From a virus: a DNA stretch of 64,000 nucleotides. The stretch covers positions 32,001 through 96,000 of IMG/VR virus record IMGVR_UViG_3300010885_026047; one strand, given 5' to 3'. The notes under the pieces are model-generated. The model saw nothing but the letters and a program-made list of their open reading frames with translations. It searched no databases and had not been told where the DNA came from. The translations under genes were made by a program, and so were the position numbers. The stretch's first letter is position 1, and the number at the start of each line of letters is the position of its first letter. Below, one piece after another: positions 56,940 to 64,000 of the stretch.

Positions 56940-58679
56940 ATGGCAACTCCAGTCCAAAACCTCCAATCCACTTTCTTCGCAGATAAGTACTATGAGTTAG
57001 GTGGGTCACTAGACAGCTATCACCTCCGTAACATCCTGCAGAACGGTAAACCTGATGACTTGGGTATCATAGAGTACTGGTCACAGATGCAACAGACAGC
57101 AACTCCTCTCTACCTGATGAGTTCGTTTGGTGGTAAAAACGTCCGTACTGTACAAGATGCTATGGGCAGGTATACGTGGAAGACTCCGGTTATAAATGAC
57201 CTTCCACACATCACTCGTGACGTTAGTCCTTCTAATGTCAAGAAAGGTAAAGCCGGTCAACCTTTCCAGATAGCTCTTAACCGTAGAGCTTTTAGTTATA
57301 CAGACGTTATCACTTACGATAAGATGTCCGGTCTGGAAATGCGTGTATGTGACAATGAGATCATATCTCTTGGTAACAACGAGTTCCTATATACAGTACG
57401 GTTGATGAACAACAACAACGCTGCATACCTGGACAACAAGTATCTTGTACCTCAAACCTCTTTCTTCCGTAAGTACTCTGTCAAAGCCAATGACTATGGA
57501 GAGCGTTACAGTGAAGTGTATGTTCGTACAGGTCTCCGTGAGTACTACAACTTCGTAGGTGGAGGTGTGGCAACTGCTTCGTTCACAGTCAGTAACATGG
57601 CTGAGAGGATGATGAGGGCTACCTATAACGGAAAAACAGGTGGTATAGACCTTAAACCAAACAACAATGGTAAAAAAGGTATACCAGTTCGTGAGTTCTG
57701 GAAGATCAACGACTGGAAACAAGTATGGGCTAAAGACCCATCTATCGTTTCTATACCTGATGCAGCTACCAAACTAGGTCAGGCTGGTATCATAGAAGGT
57801 CTGGAGAATGGTTGGTTGGATAGGTCTATAGTTACTTCTCTGGAACAGGCATGTATCACTAAACTTGTGGAAGATGTAGAGAACAACCTGATGTGGGGTC
57901 TTGGTGGACGTACCACTACAGATGGTCCAGATATGGTTCGTACTTCTGTAGGTCTGTGGAAACAGATGGATAACGCCTTTAAGACTGTTTACAACATCGG
58001 CACTTTCACACCAAACATACTGGAGAACCAGATATATAACTTCTTCCGTGGGCGTGTTGACTTTGTGGGACCAGACCCAGAGCGTAAACTGATCGTACAA
58101 ACAGGTCAGGCAGGTATGAGGCAGATGAACAACGCTATCAAACAGATGGCTATCAACTCCGGTCTTGTTATCAATGCTTCTGAAGTAGGGGCTATATCAC
58201 ATAACGGTGGTGGAGGCTCAGGTCTGATAACTAAGGGTGGAGACAGTCTTATACAGAGAGGTATGGATCTGGACTTCGGTTATGCTTACACCAGTTACAC
58301 TATACCTTTCCTTGCAAACGTAAAGTTTGTCATCAACCCTGCACTTGACCCTATCCTGGCTAACGACATAGAAAACCCATGGGTAGACGGTTATCGCACA
58401 AGTTCTTACTGCTATATAGTATGGGACATCACCGATAACCCTGAAGACAACATCTTCCTGATGAAAAAACAGACAGACGAAGATGACTTCCAGTGGTTCT
58501 ACCAGAATGGTACAAGTGACTACATGGGTTCTACCAAGAACTTCCAGTCAAGTGGTTTGTTCTCCGGGTTTAAAGTGTTCATGAGTATGGATCATAAGAG
58601 CCTACAAGTAATCGATAACACTAAATTACTTAAGGTGGTCCCATACAACGTTGTTACGAAATTGCCATTTGGCGGATAA
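56940..58679 (+). CDS. major capsid protein
   Basis: position; DSYHL, LMWG.GG, GLW.QM, VQTG.AG and FVINPALD motifs of crAss-like MCP; own terminator. Confidence 0.85.
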   Translation: MATPVQNLQSTFFADKYYELGGSLDSYHLRNILQNGKPDDLGIIEYWSQMQQTATPLYLMSSFGGKNVRTVQDAMGRYTWKTPVINDLPHITRDVSPSNVKKGKAGQPFQIALNRRAFSYTDVITYDKMSGLEMRVCDNEIISLGNNEFLYTVRLMNNNNAAYLDNKYLVPQTSFFRKYSVKANDYGERYSEVYVRTGLREYYNFVGGGVATASFTVSNMAERMMRATYNGKTGGIDLKPNNNGKKGIPVREFWKINDWKQVWAKDPSIVSIPDAATKLGQAGIIEGLENGWLDRSIVTSLEQACITKLVEDVENNLMWGLGGRTTTDGPDMVRTSVGLWKQMDNAFKTVYNIGTFTPNILENQIYNFFRGRVDFVGPDPERKLIVQTGQAGMRQMNNAIKQMAINSGLVINASEVGAISHNGGGGSGLITKGGDSLIQRGMDLDFGYAYTSYTIPFLANVKFVINPALDPILANDIENPWVDGYRTSSYCYIVWDITDNPEDNIFLMKKQTDEDDFQWFYQNGTSDYMGSTKNFQSSGLFSGFKVFMSMDHKSLQVIDNTKLLKVVPYNVVTKLPFGG

Positions 58680-58706
58680 TTATATATGTTCTGCTATAAA
58701 AAGACT

Positions 58707-58730
58707 AACCCTACCAAGTGTAGGGTTTTT
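58707..58730 (+). terminator. intrinsic terminator
   Basis: AACCCTAC/GTAGGGTT plus T run. Confidence 0.75.
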
Positions 58731-58817
58731 CTTTGTGTACTTACTAAAAATATATAAGTAAATACTTGGAAAGATAACAGAAAGATGCTAACTTTGTTCA
58801 AACTAAAAACATTGAAC

Positions 58818-59735
58818 ATGGAAGAAGAAATAGTAAAGAAGCCAGTAAGTTCTCTAAAGAAGGTAAGCCAGGAAAGACGAGATAAAGTGATCGAACTACA
58901 TGATGCCGGACACTCTCAAAACTATATCTCAACCGTACTATCTATGACCTGCAGAACTGCTCAGGCTATCTTAGAAGCTAGTGGGAGAAAAAGAACGAGA
59001 AGTGAACAGAGTTACTTTCATCATAAAACATCTACACTAAAAGAAGATGCTTTTGATGTTATAGATACTGAAGAAAAAGCCTACTGGTTAGGTTTTATTT
59101 ATGCTGATGGGTTTATAACTAACCCTAATGCCAAAAGTAGTAAAAAATATAATGTGGGCATACTTCTTAAAAAAGATGATATAGGACATTTGGAAAAGTT
59201 CAAACAGTTTTTAGATGCTCCTCAGAAGATAACACTTGGTACATCTACAATCAAGGGTATAGATAAGACTTACTATAACGCAAGGATAAACATAGGTTCT
59301 CAAAAGCTGCATAAAAAGTTGCAAAACTGGGGTATAACATGGAACAAGAGTTATGATGCAAAACCTCCAGAGGAGATGAAGACTAACAGAGACTTCTGGA
59401 GAGGTGTAGTCGATGGCGATGGATACTTAGGTATAGTAAACGATAAGAGTAGAGCGAAAGGGAGGAAGAGATTGCACTTATGTGGAACTATAGATATGGT
59501 ACAAGGGTTTAAAGACTTTCTTGTAAGTAATGGTATAGGTACTACGTATGAAGTAGTTAGTGTAAGGGAGAGTATGCAGTATAAGATGGAAGTCAGTAGT
59601 ACAATGGCTGAAAAGGCTGTAAAACTTCTTTATGAAGGGTCTACAGTTTACCTAGAGAGAAAATACCAACGCTATTTGGAGATCATAAAAGAAAACTCTA
59701 ACTTTGAAACTCAAAAGGAACCATATGCCAGTTAA
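58818..59735 (+). CDS. free-standing LAGLIDADG homing endonuclease with N-terminal HTH
   Basis: AYWLGFIYADG and FWRGVVDGDG motifs, YLERKY; own TAACTTTG promoter. Confidence 0.9.
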   Translation: MEEEIVKKPVSSLKKVSQERRDKVIELHDAGHSQNYISTVLSMTCRTAQAILEASGRKRTRSEQSYFHHKTSTLKEDAFDVIDTEEKAYWLGFIYADGFITNPNAKSSKKYNVGILLKKDDIGHLEKFKQFLDAPQKITLGTSTIKGIDKTYYNARINIGSQKLHKKLQNWGITWNKSYDAKPPEEMKTNRDFWRGVVDGDGYLGIVNDKSRAKGRKRLHLCGTIDMVQGFKDFLVSNGIGTTYEVVSVRESMQYKMEVSSTMAEKAVKLLYEGSTVYLERKYQRYLEIIKENSNFETQKEPYAS

Positions 59736-61350
59736 AGAGAAGGAAACTCCAGAGCAAAAAGCTGTACGTATAGAGAAGTGGAAAGCTGACATGAAGTTGG
59801 CTAAAGAGCGAAAGAAGTTAGAGAAAGAGACGGAACAAGTAGAAGTTAAAGAGATGGGTATACCTTTAGACGTAAACACAGGGCAGCCTATTGCAGAAGT
59901 AGTAGAACTCGATATACCTGCAGATCTAAACTTACCTAAAACAGACCCAACTAAACAGTATAGAGACTTTCAAAAACTTCATAGAGGGGATCAGACAACG
60001 ATAAGTCTGCAGGAGTTGCCTATAGAAGATATGATAAAAGCGAAAAGTGACTTGAACCTTCGTGAGGCAGAAGAGAAGTTACCGGGAGAGTCACCCATTC
60101 CTTTTATCCGAAAAAAAGTAGAAGATGTACAAAAAGGTTTGTTACAGGAGACAGAGAAAGCAATGTTTAAGTTATCAGAAGACCCACCTGTACCTTTTGT
60201 AGCAAAAGAAATGATACCAGTAAAGGAACCAACCAAACAGAACCATATGTCAGAAACAGCAGTACTCGAAGTAACAAAACCGCTCCTTTCAGAGATAAAG
60301 GGTCGTATAGCTATAAAACCTTATGTATCCGGTGAGGAGAACATGGGCCTGGAAGATGAGAACCAACCAGGGGGAGCTATGGTCATATCTCCAGATAGTC
60401 GTCAGTTAGATCGTATAGGATGTGAAGTAGTTAACGGTTTTATCACCTACTTTACAGGACTTAACGAACAAGCCAAAGAGGTACAGCTCCTGCCAGAAGC
60501 TAAAAAAAGAGCTAAGATAGCAACTATACGTCAGGTAGTAGCTTACCTGGAAAACTCTATAGCCAGTAACTTTAAAGTACGTGTAGAGACCTGCATGGAT
60601 AACTTCGGTACTAAAGACGATAACTTCTGGGAGAACGTAACCAAGTTCAGGAGTAGTGGTATGATACAAGTTGATCAGAAAGGGTCTCGTATACCTACCT
60701 ACTGGGATGGTGTAGAAGTAGAGCTAAACAACGCTACTAAAGTACTTGATAAAAGTAACCCGAAAGACCTGATCATATACTATGCTATACAAGGACAAGG
60801 TTTAAGCCTTATAGCTCCAAGTTTAAACGCTGCTATAGAAGCAAGAGGTGCTTATAAGTGGTACTTAGACCAACCTGAAGAGACAGCAAACATACAGACA
60901 GAAAGTATCAAACTAAAGTATCAGGCTGCTGCAGCTTTGGAGACTATGCGTACCAGTGACGAAAACCGGTTGTTCTTGGTAAGTAAAATGGTTGCACTTA
61001 ACAACTCTTCCTACTACAAACGTGGAGGTCCCGGATATACCCCTATAAACTTCATGTATAAAGACATGAGTGACTATATAGAGGGAAAACGTGGAGAAGT
61101 ATCTATAGCTGCTGTAGATAGGTTCTTAGAGTTCTATAAGATGCCTATAGACGAACTGATGTGGAGAGCTATCCTTAAAGATGCTGCAGAGTATCACTTA
61201 CTGGATACCAAGGGTGATGGCAGGACTTACTACAAGAACGAAGCTTTGGGTAAAACCATAGAAGATATCGTAGAGTATCTAAGCAGGTCTATAAACGAAA
61301 AAACAGCAGCAGATCTATCAAATGCGATAGAGAACGTTTGGGCTGAGTAA
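59725..61350 (+). CDS. crAss-like structural protein following MCP, with N-terminal extension
   Basis: IKPY...NMGLE, TGLNE, FWE motifs; possible internal start at 60247. Confidence 0.65.
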   Translation: MPVKEKETPEQKAVRIEKWKADMKLAKERKKLEKETEQVEVKEMGIPLDVNTGQPIAEVVELDIPADLNLPKTDPTKQYRDFQKLHRGDQTTISLQELPIEDMIKAKSDLNLREAEEKLPGESPIPFIRKKVEDVQKGLLQETEKAMFKLSEDPPVPFVAKEMIPVKEPTKQNHMSETAVLEVTKPLLSEIKGRIAIKPYVSGEENMGLEDENQPGGAMVISPDSRQLDRIGCEVVNGFITYFTGLNEQAKEVQLLPEAKKRAKIATIRQVVAYLENSIASNFKVRVETCMDNFGTKDDNFWENVTKFRSSGMIQVDQKGSRIPTYWDGVEVELNNATKVLDKSNPKDLIIYYAIQGQGLSLIAPSLNAAIEARGAYKWYLDQPEETANIQTESIKLKYQAAAALETMRTSDENRLFLVSKMVALNNSSYYKRGGPGYTPINFMYKDMSDYIEGKRGEVSIAAVDRFLEFYKMPIDELMWRAILKDAAEYHLLDTKGDGRTYYKNEALGKTIEDIVEYLSRSINEKTAADLSNAIENVWAE

Positions 61351-61362
61351 AACTGATAACAC

Positions 61363-62070
61363 ATGCTTAACCAGTTGTTGCGTTTAAAACTTAAAAACAG
61401 AGTCAACAAACTTGACTCCTTAGACTATGGTCTGGTTGAGCCATGGATACAAGCTGAAGTTTTAAACAAAGCTCAGAGCGACTGGGTTAGGAGACAGTTG
61501 GAAGGAGTTAACCAGGAGAAAACAGGTAACGAAGCATCTATCAGACGTATAGATGACCTACAACAACTACTCTCTACCTGGACTGGAAGTTTTACAGATA
61601 GAGGGCAGTTCTGGCAATCAGAGACTTGGCCCTCAAACTATATGGAGTGGTGTCGTATAGATGTACAAGGACAGGATGACTGTAAGAAATGTCCTCCTCG
61701 GAACATGACGATCTTCATGGGTAACGAAGCAGATGTCTCTATATACCTATCCGATAAGTACAGAACTCCAAACTATGAATGGGCTACTACTTTTGCAACT
61801 GTAGCTAACAACACTTTTAAGATCTGGACAAATGACCAGTTTGATCTGGTAGACCCTTTAGTTACTTTCTATAGAGCACCTCAAACTATAGTTTTTATTG
61901 GAACTTTAGACCCTTACACAAACACTGTAAGTCCTGTAGATATACCCTGTGAGTTTCCAGATAACATAGCTGAGATTATAGTAGATGAAGCTGCTGCTAT
62001 ACTTATAGGAGATATAGACGATTACATGAAGAATAAACTACTGGTAGAACGAGCAGAACATAACACATGA
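61363..62070 (+). CDS. head-tail ring / connector protein
   Basis: NKLDS.DY, LNKAQ, RRIDDLQ.L, YR.P, CEFP....EIIVDEA..I. Confidence 0.75.
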   Translation: MLNQLLRLKLKNRVNKLDSLDYGLVEPWIQAEVLNKAQSDWVRRQLEGVNQEKTGNEASIRRIDDLQQLLSTWTGSFTDRGQFWQSETWPSNYMEWCRIDVQGQDDCKKCPPRNMTIFMGNEADVSIYLSDKYRTPNYEWATTFATVANNTFKIWTNDQFDLVDPLVTFYRAPQTIVFIGTLDPYTNTVSPVDIPCEFPDNIAEIIVDEAAAILIGDIDDYMKNKLLVERAEHNT

Positions 62071-62855
62071 CCATGGCAGACTTTAACTTTAACTTAAAAC
62101 CACCTGACTCCATACCTGGACAAGCTGCTTATGGAGCTTATGGAGTATATGCTCTATGGAGACGAGTTAATGGTATAAGTACTAGTGGCGGAGGTGGAGG
62201 AACACCTTCTCTTACATCTACCTATATAGGATATGGAAATAGCAGTAATCAACTTACCGGTAGTAGTGATTTCTACTATGATCCCACAAAAGAATTTATA
62301 GTTGGTTTTTCAGGAAAGCGGGTAATAAAAGCAAGTAGTGACACAATAATATTAGGAGACGTAGACTCCGCAGGACATAGCACTACATTGAGTATTAGTG
62401 ATGCTTCTCAAAGTATAACTGTGGGTACTGGTGCTAAAAATGTTGTAACTACTTTATCTAATATAACAGGGATTAGAACAAGAACAGAACCAGACAAGGA
62501 CGGTACATATGCAATGACTTCTGATCTTGTTGGAACTATAACTACTCCTGCATATGGTACTACTGTAGACCTATCTGCTGTAACAATGGTTGCTGGAGAG
62601 ATAAGAGACATAGAGTTTTCCAGTTCTACAGGAGCAACAAGTGTACTACTTCCAACAGGAACCAAGGCTGCTATAGGAGCTATAGTTATAGTAGGCGATC
62701 TTCTTGCTATATCAAACACTAGTAACATAACTGTAGACGCAGGTACAAGTAACACTTTAAACTCTAACGTGATAGCACAAACAAAAGTTATGAACCAGGC
62801 AGGTAACTGTTGGACCTTCAAAAAAGTGAGTGCAACTCAGTGGAAACTTCAATAG
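62067..62855 (+). CDS. fibre-like structural protein
   Basis: Gly/Ser/Thr-rich; PDKDGT.AMTSD and C-terminal KKVSATQW motif. Confidence 0.6.
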   Translation: MTMADFNFNLKPPDSIPGQAAYGAYGVYALWRRVNGISTSGGGGGTPSLTSTYIGYGNSSNQLTGSSDFYYDPTKEFIVGFSGKRVIKASSDTIILGDVDSAGHSTTLSISDASQSITVGTGAKNVVTTLSNITGIRTRTEPDKDGTYAMTSDLVGTITTPAYGTTVDLSAVTMVAGEIRDIEFSSSTGATSVLLPTGTKAAIGAIVIVGDLLAISNTSNITVDAGTSNTLNSNVIAQTKVMNQAGNCWTFKKVSATQWKLQ

Positions 62856-62856
62856 T

Positions 62857-63267
62857 ATGGCATATACGACAACTCCAACAAGCAATCCCCAGTGGATCAA
62901 AGTAGCTACCAAAACCTTTACTGACTTCAGTACTGCAGGAGCTACAAACACTATAGCTTCTGGGTATCTGTTACCAGCTAACGGAGTTATAACAGGTTGT
63001 CAGGTTATACCTACAGTAGCATTTTCTGGTGGAACTATAGCTACTTATACAATATCTGTAGGTATAGCAAGTAGTCATCTGAAATATGCTATAGCAACTA
63101 ATGTGTTTACAGGTTTTTCTCTATCAACACCTAACGTTTTACCAGGCATAGAGAGTACAAGTGCAACAACTTCTATTACACTTACTGCAACTGCCACAGT
63201 CGGACTTTTAAACGCTTCCACTGCAGGTTCCGTAGATATCTGGTTGCTTGTAAGTGTCCTAAGTTAG
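62857..63267 (+). CDS. putative virion protein
   Basis: Thr/Ala-rich beta protein, LPANGVI...AFSGG. Confidence 0.6.
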   Translation: MAYTTTPTSNPQWIKVATKTFTDFSTAGATNTIASGYLLPANGVITGCQVIPTVAFSGGTIATYTISVGIASSHLKYAIATNVFTGFSLSTPNVLPGIESTSATTSITLTATATVGLLNASTAGSVDIWLLVSVLS

Positions 63268-63308
63268 TGGCACTCTTTTACTACTTATAAACTATAAACA
63301 TAAACAAT

Positions 63309-63641
63309 ATGCTACTATTAGATGTAGTAAGTATGAATACCACAATAGCAGCTACATTAATGACAGCAGTTATAGGTTCTTTTACCTTTGTGATAACTTA
63401 TTGGATAAAGTCTTCAGATGGTGATAAGAGACGTACTAACGAACACATTATAAAGAAACTGGATGAGATAACCAGTAACCAGATACAGTTTGAACAAGAG
63501 ATAAGACCTTTAGGTATACAGTTAGCGGAACATGCTATAGAGATAAAAAACATAAAGGAGAAAGTAGCTGAAACAAATAGATGGGTAGGTCTACATGACC
63601 AACAGATACAAGAGATACATAGAGCAGTAAAACGTACATAA
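63309..63641 (+). CDS. single-TM coiled-coil protein (holin/antiholin-like)
   Basis: N-terminal TM helix followed by heptads. Confidence 0.55.
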   Translation: MLLLDVVSMNTTIAATLMTAVIGSFTFVITYWIKSSDGDKRRTNEHIIKKLDEITSNQIQFEQEIRPLGIQLAEHAIEIKNIKEKVAETNRWVGLHDQQIQEIHRAVKRT

Positions 63642-63642
63642 C

Positions 63643-63951
63643 ATGACTAAGCAAAACTGGTTTCAGGAGTTTGCCACAAGACTTGGGCAGAGTACTCCAT
63701 GGTTCTTCCGTATAGCTATGAAGATAGGTCTCTGGTGTACGGGTATAGGTACAGGTTTACTTGCTTTACAAGTAGTTCCGGGGTTTGTGCCCCATCTGTG
63801 GATGGCAGGACTTGGTTCTAACTTGTTAGTAGCAGGGGTTGTTTTATCAGTTATATCCAAAACTGCTACAACTACACCACAAGACTTACCTAACAACAAG
63901 CCGAACCCTATACCTAAAGAGGAAGAGATAGACAACAAACAAACTTCATGA
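63643..63951 (+). CDS. holin-like two-TM protein
   Basis: RL...TP.FF..., two hydrophobic helices, charged C-terminus. Confidence 0.6.
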   Translation: MTKQNWFQEFATRLGQSTPWFFRIAMKIGLWCTGIGTGLLALQVVPGFVPHLWMAGLGSNLLVAGVVLSVISKTATTTPQDLPNNKPNPIPKEEEIDNKQTS

Positions 63952-64000
63952 AGAACTTACTTATAACTATACTTGTGATACTTCTCTTTTTACTGGCTCT
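63948..64000 (+). CDS. partial ORF with signal-peptide-like start (truncated by the window)
   Basis: MKNLLITILVILLFFTG. Confidence 0.45.
   Translation, partial: MKNLLITILVILLFLLA

Noticed and set aside
49688-58679. Inteins or group I introns in TerL, portal or MCP
   Set aside because: The ORFs are continuous with no C/S...HN splice motifs noticed; the endonucleases lie between genes
1-64000. Stop-codon reassignment (TAG or TGA) as in some crAss-like phages
   Set aside because: Long genes are intact under code 11, and TAG, TGA and TAA all end coupled genes; no suppressor tRNA seen
1-64000. CRISPR mini-array, reverse transcriptase/DGR, integrase, IS element
   Set aside because: No regularly spaced direct repeats and no RT, recombinase or transposase motifs were recognised

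Overview
This is a 64-kb piece of a large tailed dsDNA phage of Bacteroidota with crAss-like (Crassvirales-type) organisation, read in the standard genetic code. Bases 1-27050 are minus-strand early and replication genes: RuvC-like resolvase, GIY-YIG/UDG fusion, RNase H, DUF932-like protein, primase, putative SSB, Sak4-like ATPase, DnaB-like helicase, ParB-like protein, PolB, an OB-fold/J-domain fusion, a RepL-like protein and many small ORFs. From about 27200 the plus strand carries late genes: fibre protein, GroES, HU/IHF-like protein, PD-(D/E)XK nuclease, TerL, portal, scaffold, major capsid protein, ring protein and holin-like genes. Four observations stand out. (1) A ~13-kb cassette of glycosyltransferases, methyltransferases, nucleotide-sugar enzymes and NadE sits directly upstream of TerL and is a candidate virion-glycosylation system. 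(2) The motif AAT(A/C/T)/(A/G/T)ATT is strongly avoided on both strands, with sharply bounded islands that lack the avoidance. (3) There are several structured non-coding elements: two attenuator-like leaders, a G-tract RNA upstream of RNase H and a ~170-nt tRNA-mimic. (4) Four TGTCA-N6-TGACA palindromes lie at the RepL-like gene. All family calls come from motif recognition by eye; no database searches were run.
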